Counted from the first letter of the whole stretch, positions 24,701-37,230 are shown. The stretch: DNA of 57,877 nt, filler included, from Circinaria calcarea (GCA_051942165.1; 2 parts of 2 records of this genome joined end to end with filler, not necessarily neighbours in it), one strand, 5' to 3'. Notes: generated from the sequence alone by a model not told the origin. Numbers and translations are program-made.

Positions 24701-25589
24701 AAGGATATAACACCTTCAGAAAGCGGTACGATAACCCCAAAACATACCCTGCAAGGCGGGGAGATGACAAAAGGGAAAGCTAAAGAGATGTCTAAACACT
24801 TACTGGGGAGCGCAAGGACAATCCGTCTACGGCTGTCCCCGGCACTTGTTCGTGAAGCGCAAAATGGTAATGATATGGGTTACAGTAAGTCTATCACTTC
24901 ACGTAGAGGGTTTCCGCGCTGATTTAGGTCAAGGACGTCTGCAATTCTTGGATTCCACGCTTGAGCGAATGATACAGCGGTTTGAAGATGAATACCCTGA
25001 ATGTCGTACAGAGCCGCCTAAAACCTTGGTTACCCCAGATGGAACACTCTCGGATTCCGGTAGCTTACCATCGCCTTTGACTAATCCATTTGATCCCAAT
25101 GAAGAGGATCTAAATAGCAATTCAATCGTTGGGGATGCAACAATTCCGAGTGAAGACGAAGACGGGCCTGTTAAAGTCCCAATCTCGCGTCATAACTCGG
25201 ATGTTTCTCTTGCATCACGTCACTTATCCCAGGAAGAAGGTCGAATGCATCGCTTCGGGCAACAAATTCGCCGAAATATCCTGAAGCCTCAAACGCAAGA
25301 CTACGCGCATGGCCGGACCGGTGGAGAGGTAGAGGCAATACATCTTCAGCGCTTGCGTGAGAAACTAGAGGCATTGGACGGACATGAGATCAAGGACAAG
25401 GTCGATAGAATGGGCCCTGATGCCGTCCTGAAGGAGATAGGGGCAACGGCCGAGGAGCTGTTGCTGCTGGAGAAAGAAGATCCGGAAGCCTTTGAAAAGT
25501 TCAAGGAGTCTCATTTGATTGCACAGCGTAACTTGGTCTCTGGTGTAACGGACCAGGAGGCGCTGGTAAGTCCTAATAGTGAGATCTGA
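21777..25589 (+). CDS. MHP1: Mhp1-like leucine-rich-repeat (RNI-like) protein with RVxF PP1-docking motif
   Basis: Exon 1 MEGVHGVDVSWLHHSHK followed by gtaagt; Ser/Pro-rich N-terminus, LRRVAFCVDVEIA, RPTTDPVRIYRRCCQLRETPIL, multiple LRRs (LILENCGLTDE, LGLANNNIT, LDLGGNDL, LSLADCTL, IDLSHNRNL); final exon RLQFLDSTLERMIQRFEDEYPECR...SRHNSDVSLASR..EEGRMHRFGQ. Confidence 0.85.
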
Positions 25590-26484
25590 CGATTTTCGTG
25601 CGACACGATAACGATGTACTCTGACCAGAGAGGCTTCCGCAAAATGGCGGTATGCAGCTGTGGGTGCTTCACCGTTGTAGGTGCTTGAGGGCTGTGACCT
25701 TTTCCATGAACATTGGGTGATGTGGACGTCCGATTCCAGCGCGGCGATCTGGCGTGTTGCTTTATATTTGTGGCTTGTTTCCCTACATGCATTGTAACAC
25801 TGATCAATGATCATTCGCAGCTCTCTTACTTTTCTGGCATGAAGTGCTACTCACAAAAGCCGTGTTATTGGAAACCTGATTTGCAGATGGCTAAGGCAAA
25901 ATCTACTACCGAGTCGAAGCACCATAGAGCGGTATCTCTCCGGTTGTAGGTTGAAAAGACGTTCAATCGGATTTGAATCGATGATATTAGGTCCGCATTA
26001 CCCTTTCCTATTGGCTTGTTCCACGTTAAAGGTTACCTCCTGGGTCCCGACATATTCCCAATACGCACCTGTCCTTTTTCGTTTTGGACGGCATAGTAAT
26101 CATGGACAGACTTGTAGACTTGTTGACAGCGCAAAGGTATCGCCAACATGCATGGAGCGGTAAGTCTACGCCGGGCGCTTGCAGCCAAATGTCACCTCGC
26201 CTCGTGGGCACTGACCTCGAACTATTCATGTGCCTGGAGGAGCATGCAAAGCCAACCGGCTGCTCTGTACTCATGTAAAGTTTGCCGTGTACAATGCGCA
26301 CCGAGAAGACTCAATGTAACTCTCGCTTGGAAGTTGCAAATGGCCTCGGGCTCTTCATGCCCTAAGCTTAATTTACCGAGATCATTCACCTCGTACTCTA
26401 CACCGTAGTAGTGATCCTCAATTTTAACCGCGAATCTCATTATTTGCATACCTCGGAGGACCAGCATCACGTAAAAGATTATCG

Positions 26485-28225
26485 ATGGCCACGGCTACGG
26501 CTACGGCTACAGCATTTACTAGGGCATCTTCGAAATCTCCTCGACCCATAGCAACGACCTTGGAGGACAGCGGGCAAGCACGCCTGCAGAAGCGAGACCT
26601 GACAGACTGTGACGGCCAGGGTACATGTAAGGAACACGTTCAAGGCTTGTCTTCTTCCTGTACTGATATCCCTCCTCTAGTCACATGTGATATTGGGACT
26701 TGCTATACCGGGCTTGATGGCTTCATTGGATGTTGTTCTGTGTTCGTCTCTCCTACTTGAAAGTCGATGGAGTTGGCGGGATCGAGAAATGTGCTAACAA
26801 TAAGGTCTATGTTCGGGATAGATCGAGCTGCGCAGCAAGAACAAAGTGCATTCCGTACGATCCCTCTTCGAGTCCTCCAAGTTGCGATCCAGATACTGGG
26901 GGCTGTCTCGCGTGGTGTGTATCCCCCTTTGCCCTCTTCTGCCTGTTCCCCGAAGCTTATGCCAATCTCTCCATGCACTATCATCCAACTTTCAAACTAA
27001 CATTCTTAGTCGCTCGAACGCTCCCGGTTGCCAGAAGATAACCAACATCGTCGAAAACCAGTATATCATATACTGCGCCGCGGACAACGCGGTGTACACG
27101 TACTCATATCACAATCTTGTCACCACCGGTTCCACCGCGGGTCTCCCAGGAGTCTCCGCTTCCACCACATCGAGTTCGACCTCTTCCCAACAGTCGTCAT
27201 CCTCAAGTTCGATAGCCACTAGCTTGTCATTCACCTCGGCAACATCCTCCTCATCTGCAACCACGAACCCAGCTCCATCTCATAGCCTCCCCACCGGCAC
27301 AATTGCCGCCATCGTTATCGGCTCCGTCCTCGGCTCAACGATTTTTCTTCTACTTTTGTATTTCTGCTTTCTCCGGCCTTACTTAGCTCGTAAGAGAAAG
27401 GACGTTCCACATGGCACTCTCGGTGGTGCTGCTCTGCCTCCTCCGAGCCCACGCCCCACGAAATCAAAATCTAGTCTATGGAGAACCTCAAATTCCAAAC
27501 CCCCAAGAAATATCAATACCGCCTACGCCACAACCAACCGAGCACGCGACCAAAGCGAACCAGGAGAAATGGGCATGCTGCACAGCACCGAAGCCGAGGC
27601 TATGTCGGCACGCATTAGCGAGCCATGGAGTCCAGCAAGCGTAACGTCCAGTGCAGAGCTGGACGGCGTAGCGCTCATGCACGGCCGCCGTGATCCGGAT
27701 GACAACTATCTCAACGGGCGGGGCGGCCTAGGGATCCTGCCCGGAACCCCGACAGCCCGATACATTTTGGAAGCAGAAGACACGTCCTTACCATCCCAAA
27801 TTCCCTCGCATTCCCACTCGCCACCAAGAATCCCGGCGCAGCATTTCTCCCTCACTGCAGGAGCACCCTATCAACCGGGCAATCCACACGAATCCATGCA
27901 ATCCAATCCCGTCTCCGAGTCCTCATGGTTAGATCCCGAGAACAGTCACGAGGGCGCGAGAGTAACGCCCACAAGTCCGGTGAGTGCGGGAAGTGGAAGC
28001 GGGAATAGGTGGGCGGAGGGAGGAGGTGGGATGTCTGCACGGGGTAGTTGGAAGGGCTATTTGAGTCCCGAGATGGCGATGGCGGGTGGGTGGAGGGGAG
28101 AAGAGGAGGGCTTGGATGAGGCGGATGAGGAGTTGGCGCGAGCGGAGTTGGAGGACAACGGTGGGGATGATGGTGGGCAAGGGACAGAAAAAGGGAAGGG
28201 AAAGGGGAAAGAGCGGGAGGGGTGA
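26485..28225 (+). CDS. Single-pass membrane protein with Cys-rich N-terminal region, Ser/Thr stalk and one TM helix (Mid2/Wsc-like sensor architecture), multi-exon
   Basis: Cys-rich exons (CDGQGTC...CDIGTC...GCCS; CAARTKC...CDPDTGGCLA), S/T-rich tract (STTSSSTSSQQSSSSSS), TM IAAIVIGSVLGSTIFLLLLYFCFL followed by a basic stop-transfer ARKRK and a disordered tail. Confidence 0.7.
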
Positions 28226-28862
28226 GAGCTCAGCAAGGGGCGTCTGCGAAGGAGGAGAACATATGCGTGAGTTGGGATATGAAACAAATAGTTAGGAAGC
28301 AGCACCAAAAACCCCCGGCTTACCAAAGGGCCGAAAGACGGCCCCCATTCTTTCCTCTAGAGGAATTTTACAGAATTAACAGAATTTGAAAGGAAAACAA
28401 AGGCCCGATGGAAATAGCTTATGCATTATGAATGTCACGTCGGGGCTACAGGGTACCGGGTAAGGTACCCACATCCCCGACCTATTGGTTCCCGGTGCGG
28501 TGCCCTTTTTCTCTTTCTTATTTTTTGAAGGAAAAGGGGAAGGGGTGTTTTCGGAAGTTTCTCCACATCCACCTGCCAAGGCAAAAGTCATCAACAAACA
28601 TCCCAAGTCCCCTTAGGTCCCCTTAGGTCCCTAAGATCCCCAAGATCCTAAAGAACAGGATGGGGGGGCGCCTTTAAAAAGTCCCGGGGAAAATTTTTTA
28701 AAAAGCTTTTTACTTGGGCGAGTTATTCAGATCCAAACCCCGCCTCGGTTTTTCGGGGAAAAGGGAAAAAGGGAAGGGGAAATTGTCGTAGAGGCAAGGC
28801 AAGGCAAGAAGAGGTAGGGCAGGGTACGGTAGGGTGCACGGTTTCTTGTGGGATCCTTGGGT

Positions 28863-28890
28863 TGCCATGTGCCATGTGCCATGTGCCATA
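28863..28890. repeat. Short tandem repeat (TGCCATG)x~4 in a repeat-rich, low-quality contig end
   Basis: tgccatgtgccatgtgccatgtgccata; nearby (gtccccttag)x2 at ~28607 and (AGGGT)n directly before the gap. Confidence 0.8.
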
Positions 28891-28995
28891 TCGACACACT
28901 TTGTGATTGTGAACAACTTTGAGAGTTGAGAAGATTGGAAATTTTGATATTTTTGAGATTTGAGACTGACTTGGAAGTATAGGGTAGGGTAGGGG

Positions 28996-29095
28996 NNNNN
29001 NNNNNNNNNNNNNNNNNNNNNNNNNNNNNNNNNNNNNNNTTAATTAATTAANNNNNNNNNNNNNNNNNNNNNNNNNNNNNNNNNNNNNNNNNNNN
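28996..29095. other. Artificial contig spacer: 44 N + TTAATTAATTAA + 44 N (stops in all six frames)
   Basis: Exactly 100 bp and symmetric, with the six-frame-stop 12-mer at 29040-29051. Confidence 0.97.
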
Positions 29096-29108
29096 CTCCC
29101 TAGCTTCT

Positions 29109-29936
29109 CTACCTTCCCATCCACCCTCCGCCAACCGTCACCACCTCCCCACTCACATACCCACTTCCCGCGCCCGCCAAAAACACCACCACAGCCTGGA
29201 AATCCTCCGGTCTTCCCCACCGTCCCGCGGGGATCCTCTTCAAAATGCTCTCGGCGCGCTTCTCGTCTTCCATGAAGGCGGTATTCATGTCGTGGCAACG
29301 TAGCTGGGGGCGATGCCGCCTTTCGAGGAGAGCACGGAGGCGATGTTGATGATGGAGCCGCGGCGTTTGGGTACAGGGGAGTTGGGAGACGGAGAAGGCG
29401 GTAAGGCTTTGGAAAGCATGTGCGCGCCAACGTCACGGCAGAGCGTGAAAGCGACGGTAAGGTTGACCTGGAGGACATCGTTTCCAGTCGGCGTCGGGAA
29501 ACTGGTGGGAGAGATGGCGGCGCTGTATGCCGCCGCAGTTGAGGAGGATGTCGATGGTATGGCCGTCTGCGAGGATGGAGGGGACGAGGGCGGCGATCGA
29601 GGGTTGGTGGGAGAGGTCGGCGGTGTAGATGATGGCTTTGCGGCCGAGGGATTCGATGGTAGTTTTGGTGCCGGTGTTGGTGGTGGATCTCGACTGGGTG
29701 GGTAGCTTAGCTTGGGATAATTTGATCCCGGTGATTCTATCTGGAGTAAGAGGTTCTGGGGTTCCCGAGGATTTTATACGTGAATGTATTGATTCGGTGA
29801 ACCCACCTGAACGAGCAGTATATCAGTCCCGGCCTCGGCGAGGGCATTTGCCATTTGCTTGGCCTATTCCTCGTGTCCCACCCGTCACCAAGGCGGTCTA
29901 TCCCTCGAGAGAGAACATTTCCTGGAAGAAGGCCAT
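29109..29936 (-). pseudogene. Short-chain dehydrogenase (KduD / 2-deoxy-D-gluconate 3-dehydrogenase-like) pseudogene
   Basis: MAFFQEMFSLEG*TALVTGGTRGIG (TAG at 29900-29898), [26 protein letters not shown] directly followed by [12 protein letters not shown] (catalytic YxxxK segment and following helix missing), [30 protein letters not shown]. Confidence 0.88.
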
Positions 29937-30578
29937 CAGGGAGTTGTCGCTGACTGTTGCAGGACAGAGGGTGATTATATTTAATAAAATTATCGGTCTC
30001 CCTGAAGGGATCTAGGGGAAGGAAAATAAGGCCGAGTGTTTACAGCGAAGGCTCATAACGGTTCTGACGTGCAAATCGACCATCAAATCTGAGTATAGTG
30101 ATAAATCAATCTGAAATCTATTCAAACATAGAGTAAACAGTAACAATCTCTTCAGGCGAAAGATGGGGCCGCTCAATTCAATTTCTCTGCTGCGGTACAG
30201 GTCAATGCTATTATTTGTTTACAGACTTACGGAGTATCGAACCGACTATTGAGTAAATCGCTACTCTCCGGGGGGTTGCCCTACCCGCACTAAGCTATTC
30301 AGCCGGTAGCGCCGGGAGGGATTTGCGGGGTAATAAGACTCGACCCGGATTATCGCGTGCGGCTATCTAATTAGCCAATTCATTCCGTACGCTCAAAGTC
30401 TCGTGTTTAGCCAAAGAAGAGAATCCACTTTGGGAATACACGTGGCGCATGACTCCAACATGTTGGCCAGGGCCGCATGAAGGGGAATTCGAAAACCGCC
30501 ACCCGAGAGCAGTGCAGCATCGATCTTTCCCTCTTGGCCAGTACCAAGTTTCATACCTCCCTATAGTCTGTCGTCGGT

Positions 30579-31715
30579 ATGAGCTCGTCAAGTTCTGTAC
30601 AGGCTTTAGTCCTCCATAGGCCCGAGGACCTTAGAATAGTGAATTTCTATCACGATTCCTTCTCGGTTTGCCTGCTAAGTTGACAGGATTGACAAGGAAA
30701 CTCGACATTTGCCTTCGCCAGGGTCAGGACAGCTCCAAACATCTATCCGGTCAACGGGACTATGTGGCTCAGATCTGCATTACTACAACCACGGCCGTAA
30801 TGGCGATATCATCCTTCGTGAGCCATTGACGCTAGGTCATGACTCAGCTGGTGTGGTCATAGCTGTAGGTGCCAACGTCAAGGGATTCGAGATAGGAGAC
30901 AAGGTTGCTCTGGAGGTTGGACTCCCATACGAAAGATGCGAACTCTGTGCAAGTAATCGCTACAATCTCTGTAGAAGCATAAGATTTCGAAGCTCGGCCA
31001 AAGCATTTCCTCACTTCCAAGGGACACTACAGGAAAGGATTAATCATCCAGCGAAATGGTGCTACAAGCTGCCCGATTCCGTATCGCTGGATCTTGGAGC
31101 AATATTGGAGCCGCTGAGTGTTGCAATTCATGCTAGTAGGCGATCCAGATGCGAGTTGATGCGACAGTCGTGGTTTTCGGGGCAGGTGCCGTAGGGTTAC
31201 TATGTGCTTATATGGCACGCCAAGCAAAAGCGCGGACGGTCGTTGTTCCAATGAAGTGTGGGCAAACAACCGAGGAGAAGCTGGAGATCGACGTTGGCCA
31301 GATAAAGTGCAGTTCCGATGGAGCTATTGGCGAAGCGGACCTGGTATTCGAATGCACAGGCGCCGAGTCCTGCGTGCAGGCTGGTAATTATGCTACAAAG
31401 CCTGGGGGCCGACTGATGCTCGTTGGTATGGGAGTACCAGTACAGACGCTTCCCATATCTGCTGCTGCTCTCGGCGAAGTTGACATTTGCGGTGTTTTCA
31501 GATACGCCAATACCTACCAGGATGGGGTTGCCTTGGTTAGCGGGAAGAAAGGTGGTGTCCCAAGCTTAGAGACTCTGGTTACTCATCGGTTTCGAGGACT
31601 AGAGAATGCGACAGAAGCGTTCAGGATGGCAGGGAGGACAATGGACGATGCAGGTAACTCGGTAATAAAGGTGGTTATCGAGATGGTTGGAGGCGAAGAG
31701 AGGGATAAACCTTGA
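30579..31715 (+). pseudogene. Zinc-dependent sorbitol/xylitol dehydrogenase (MDR family) pseudogene
   Basis: MSSSSSVQALVLHRPEDLRI, intron, STGLCGSDLHYYNHGRNGD...LGHDSAG (GHE to GHD), GLPYERCELC (structural-Zn Cys to Tyr), frameshift near 31150, VFGAGAVGLL, internal deletions in the NAD-binding domain, VFECTG, GVFRYANTY, VTHRF. Confidence 0.88.
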
Positions 31716-32616
31716 TATAGGAGGGTTCCTTGTGCCAAATACTCGTCATGTCTATGCAAACGCCCAATAAATATGATCAAGTCTACAAAATGATGATACA
31801 CCGAACACAGCTTGACACCATTGCAGTTTGCTCTGTTAAATCCAAACTCGCAGCGGTCTAGGTAGGTTCAACAAACTCCATCCCAGATATCGCCTTTCCA
31901 TGGATTGTCTTCTGGATCTTGGTACTCCGTAGGTTCAGCCCGAAAAGCTACCGGTCTCCGGCATACGCCGGTCACATCACTTGACCTCAGCCTTGTAACT
32001 CTTGCCTCGTACTGCATGCCCAGGTGAAAGTTGACATCCAAGTCACTCGATTCTTCTTGAGAATTCTGACGGGAAAGTCATTGTGGCTCATGAACAGATA
32101 CATGCGCCATGGCAGAACCAGAGCAACTCAAGTCTGGAGATCTTCCAGGAAGGGAAAGTTCTCGGCTAAAATCAGTTGCCTACATATCGTCTTCGACTCT
32201 AATTGACTCGGGGGGCTTAGTGGGTCGTACGGATTATGTCTTTAACTGTTGCTTTGGGTGGGAAAGAACATGCTCCCACATATAAATATATAAATTGTTC
32301 GCAATCGTACCTCTCCAGCAAATCCACAGCTACCGTTCGTTGGTGCAATTAGGTGAATAATAGTTGTATGTTGGTCGATAGCCCCATTTCTCAAATTGCC
32401 TTTTGCGTTCTTCGAGGTTTTGCTGACCTGTTGGCTTTTCACGTGGCGGTATGAATTTTGGTTCCGCCAATTGGTCAGAGGCTAAAACTACACATCTCAA
32501 GACCTGGGTAGGGCGATTATTGCTATTTTCTGGAATTGGGAAGAAGGAAATATCTAATATGCCACCGGTCCTTGATCTTAGAGTTAATCTATCCACGAAG
32601 TGCAGTCTTGTCACAT

Positions 32617-33709
32617 ATTGCCTCTCGGAAGCTCCAAATCGCCTGTGCTGGCTTAGGCCGTATGGGAGCTCGACATGCCCTTCATTTCCAAAACCGGACA
32701 CCTCGAGCCCAGCTTGTTGCAGCCTTCACACTGGATGAGAATGAAATACAATGGGCAAGGCAGCATCTTGAAGGAGCGATGTTATATACAGACTACGACG
32801 AGATGTTGAAGCACCCTGGTTTACAGGCTGTGGTCATTGCTACGGTTACAACGGTACATGCCGAACAGGCCATCAAGGCAATGAAAGTCGATAAGCACGT
32901 CCTGTGCGAGAAAGCCTTTGCCTACAAGCATTGAAGTGGTATGTGGCCATTTTCACAGCACAGTGCTATACTGAAATTACCAAGTCACAATCGGTGGTCG
33001 ACGCAGCCAAGTTGCATCCTCACCTCAAAGTAATGTGCGGATTCTCTCGTCGGTTTGATAAATCCTATCGGGATGCATGGAATCGAATGGACTCGGGAGC
33101 GATTGGCCGAGCCTCGGTTTTCCAGTCCAAGACGTGTGATAAGTTGGATCCCTCGGGCTTTTTCGTTGAGTATACCAAATTGTCCGGAGGTATTTTTGGG
33201 GATTGCAACGTTCACGACATTGACCTTGCGTTGTGGTTCTTTGGTCAAGACAGTATAGTCAAAAGCGTTTCTGCTGTTGGCATAACTGCTGTCCAACCGG
33301 AGTTACGGAAATACAAGGATGTGGACAATGGCGTTGGGGTGGAAAGCTTGCATATTTTTACTGCTCCCGAATGATGGCTGCTAGTCAGCACGACATGACC
33401 GAAATAATCGGGACTGAGGGCAAACTTACTGCCAATGCAAATCCACAGAGCTCACTGGTGGATATGTATGAACCGAATGGAATCCGGAGAGAGATCCCTC
33501 AGAACTACTACGGACGGTTCGAGCAAGCTTTTGTTACGGAAGCTAACAAATTCACCGCAGCTTGCTTGGATGATACCAAGTTCCCACTCAAGCTTACGGG
33601 GGCAGTCCAGGCAGTAAAGATAGGGTGTGCCGTGCAAGAAAGTCTCAATTCGGGCTTGAAGATAAACTCTGATGAAACCGGCAGGCGCCTGGAGAAGGCG
33701 AGCTTATAG
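32617..33709 (+). pseudogene. Gfo/Idh/MocA oxidoreductase (myo-inositol dehydrogenase-like) pseudogene
   Basis: (I)ASRKLQIACAGLGRMGARHA with ATT at 32617 where ATG is expected; KHVLCEK with a frameshift at ~32910; KVMCGFSRRFD; SGGIFGDCNVHDIDL; short deletion/frameshift at ~33335 (DNGVG to GKLAYFYCSRMMA); YYGRFEQAFVTEAN. Confidence 0.85.
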
Positions 33710-34187
33710 GAATTCCTAGGACCGGACATGTATTATACTTTAGTCACCTAGATATAACAGGTGAAGTTTGAAGCTCCCACAACTTGCTCTTTCCGCAGAG
33801 TGCATTGATTCAATAACTGCATTCTCATCACTCTTTGGCCTTAAGCAAGGTCATTAAACATGTCCCAATTGCACCTCATCCGTTTTAGGAAAAGGCAACC
33901 CATTGATGTTAGCAGTCCATACCTGTAGGGCGTAGTGCCGGCATCGAGAAGGGCCGTGGGTAGCGGACCAGTTCGTGCTATGAATGGTTCCGCACACCGA
34001 GCCCTTCTCAGGAGACTTCGATACCTCACGTCAGCGGGCACCGGAATACACAGAGAAATCGCGCGGAAAAAGATTTTGTCAGTCTATCGCATAGCACTTC
34101 TCAGGCAATGAGCAGTATCGGCCAATCATAAAGGGACAGTTGCATTTGCCAATCATGTGGAACGCGAGGAGCAAGTATCTTGCCAAT

Positions 34188-36058
34188 ATGGGCATAGGCT
34201 TGGAGAAGCCAGATGCCGGTTTGCGGAGTCTTGACCACTGCAGGTTGTCCGCATTATCCTATCAGCAATGGTCGATTAACATGCTATTGCAGACAAACAA
34301 AGGTTGCCCCAATGGCGCTACTCGCCTCGTCAGAGACTCATTGTCTTCATCCGCTGGGAGACGCCTTACCTTGCGTGGCTGCAAGCCAAAATCCGATCTC
34401 CCGCCCTAGATTCATACTTCGCCTTCACCGCTAACCTTGGAACACATACCTTTTTCATGATTGTCCTACCAATCCTCTTCTGGTGCGGATATACAAGCTT
34501 GGGTCGAGGGTACGGTTCCATAAGGTGCCTTGACGCCTTGAGGAGCTAATATTGATGATAGAATGGTACATATTCTGGCGTCGGGGGTGATTTTTAGCGG
34601 CTTCCTGAAAGACCTATTTTGTCTACCTCGTCCGCTCTCTCCACCTCTCCAGCGAATTACCATGTCTGGTTCTGCCGCGTTGGAATATGGCTTCCCTTCC
34701 ACACATTCTACCAATGCGGTGTCTGTGGCAGTCTATGCTCTTTTTACTCTCCGCTCGCCAGCCTCAACAGTGCATCCAACCGCGAAACTTGTGTTGGAGC
34801 TTCTATCGTACAGTTACGCCACTTCGATCGTGCTCGGTAGGCTATATTGCGGAATGCATGGCTTCCTCGATGTGTTAATCGGCATTATTCTCGGAGCTGC
34901 AATTTCGGCAGTTGAGTGTCTCTATGGAGAACAGTTCGACGCCTTTATATACGAAGGGTCTTTTACAGCAATCTCCATCGTTATATTAAGTGTGCTAGTC
35001 CTGGTTCGTATCCATCCAGAACCTGCAGATGATTGTCCATGCTTTGATGATAGCGTTGCTTTTGCTGGTGTCATGTGTGGAGTCGAGTTAGGAAATTGGC
35101 ATTTCGCACAGAGTACATTTTCGTGGGATAAACCCGTTCCAGCGACAGTCCCTTTCAATCTCGAGGTCTTAGGTTGGCCAAAGACGATAGCTCGGATAAT
35201 TATTGGCGTTATGATAATTTTTGCTTGGAGAGGTGTCATGAAACCAGCCTTGCTTAGAAGCCTGCCTCCTGTATTTCGCATCGTCGAAAGGCTAGGACTC
35301 AGCTTGCCACGACGGTTCTTCATGCAAGCTTCGTGAGTTACTGGTTGCAAGAATGTTGCTTCAGTGTACTAATCTTTGCGTCCAGGCAATACAAAGAGGT
35401 ACCTGGACATATCAAGGTTGACAACGTGATACCGTCCGTATTCGAGATTCCAAGCATGTTGTCTGCAATTCGCCATCCCCGACGCAATCGTGCAGTTTCT
35501 GTTGGACCGCAATCTGCAGCTGATGCTTATGAAACACTAGCATTCCGGCAAAAGCGCCGTAGAGAGAGCACTTCTGGCGTTGTGTCGAGCCCTGTCGTTA
35601 CTCGCAAGGGCAAACATGAACGCGGTTCATCAGATTACTTTGGTATAATCGAACCGCAGGGTAAATCCAATGGATTGCTGGCACCCCGATCGCTTCCAAC
35701 ACCCGCGTCGTCGAGTACAAGTCTTTACGAAAGCATGCAAGATAGCTCACTTCGAGTTAATGGGCCACTCACGCCGGATAGTATGAATGAGCAGAACGAA
35801 ACTGTGAGGAGTGCCAGTCAAGATCAGAGGGAAAATGAGAAAGAGGACAGAGAAATATTCTCCCAACTTGAGAAGCCAAGGGTACGATATGATGTAGAGG
35901 TAATAACTAAGTTGATAGTATATACAGGTAGGCACTGCTGTTCTAGTTCGATCAACGTATGCTCACAGGGTCATATAGGCATAGGTTGGCTTGCGGTTGA
36001 GGTTAATCCCGTCCTGTTCCATCTCCTCGGTCTTGGTGTCGACAGGAGCTGTGCATAA
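34188..36058 (+). CDS. LCB3: PAP2-family sphingoid long-chain base phosphate phosphatase (alternative ATG at 34155)
   Basis: DAGLRSLDHYKQRLPQWRY, RSPALDSYFAFTANLGTHTFF, KDLFCLPRP (C1), EYGFPSTHS (C2), GRLYCGMHGFLD (C3), HPEPADDCPCFDDSVAF, KPRVRYDVEVITKLIVYTGIGW; four introns, the first apparently GC-AG. Confidence 0.93.
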
Positions 36059-36514
36059 GTTTAGAAAAGATTCAATCACGGTACTCGAACCATTTTGATC
36101 GGTACAAATCCTTGAGCGGACAGCTTTTCGTCCGCGAACTTCGTCCGAGTACGTTTAGAACAACCGACCTGGTATGCCTAGGCCTGGTTACCCTTGGTAC
36201 TCACGCAACAGCCTGATGCGAATAGAGTCTTTTTAAAGCTTTTTCCGATCTCATCATAGGCAGAAAGAACAATGGGCATATTCGCTGATTGTGGTTTCTG
36301 CAAGTCGCTGTGTGTTGCGTGGCGTCGGTAATCACAGGAGCTGCCATTAACCTCAGCGCCTCTAACCATTTGTGGCACGAACAACGCGCTTCAAATTTCA
36401 ACATTATATACGTGCTTTGCCTTTAAGCACTTCAAACACCGATTTCTAGCACGGATCGAAATTGTGAAGAGTAATTCACTTTAACCAGACATCACATCCA
36501 GCCCTTATGCCTCC

Positions 36515-37230
36515 ATGTCGGTCATTGTGATTTCTCTGGTGTACGACAACGTCAGTCATAGATGAAGTGCATATACCGCCATCAATACACTATTCTGGGC
36601 GAATCCGTTTGTTGACCGAGGCAAGCTGTGGAGCTGGGATGAAGCAGAGCAGCGTTGCAATGGGCTGCAAGCAGAGATTGACGACTTTCATGCCGATGTT
36701 CTGAAAAAGTCAATTAGGAAGAGAATGTCTTATCACCCTTACGCCTTACGGGCACTGGTTCAAGACTTTTGCAGGCGCTATGGTTACGGTGATTAGGTAA
36801 GCGGGCTGCTGGCCTCTACGTGACGTTATAACAGCTAATCAAGAAGGTACTTTTATCCCAACTACAATGGTGTCGAATCTCGGCTTCCTGAATTTCGAAG
36901 CCTGGCTCGGAAGATCTCTTTCATTGGGACTCTTGACGTGCGTCACTTTGATCACAGCAATCTACGGCTGAGTGGATGCGAGGCATTGCATGAGCTGCTT
37001 TAACGTAGGATGGTTGATCAAAACCTGTTTCTTGTTATTGATGAATACCTTAAATAGGAAAGGTGGATCTATTACGATGAGCAGATGAGTCCTTGTCATG
37101 TTGATGAGGTTGCAAATATAACCATCACATGGAAAAACAAGTCAACCATACCAAATTCCAAGGACTATTCGCATAGGGAATAGTGGTCGCCTTCGGAATG
37201 GGATGAGGCTTGCATGGAAATTTAACCTGC
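36515..37230 (+). pseudogene. Possible remnant of an unidentified protein-coding gene
   Basis: Protein-like stretches (AINTLFWANPFVDRGKLWSWDEAEQRCNGLQAEIDDFHADVLKKSIRKR; FYPNYNGVESRLPEFRSLARKISFIGTLDVRHFDHSNL...) separated by a gtaagc...ctaat...ag intron-like segment and interrupted by in-frame stops. Confidence 0.35.

Noticed and set aside
28979..28995. Telomere-like repeat before the gap
   Set aside because: Only about three TAGGG units, not TTAGGG arrays; more likely a microsatellite at which the contig broke.
31800..32550. Possible fourth gene (regulator or transporter) in the decayed polyol cluster
   Set aside because: No frame gave a recognisable motif; it cannot be supported without a homology search.
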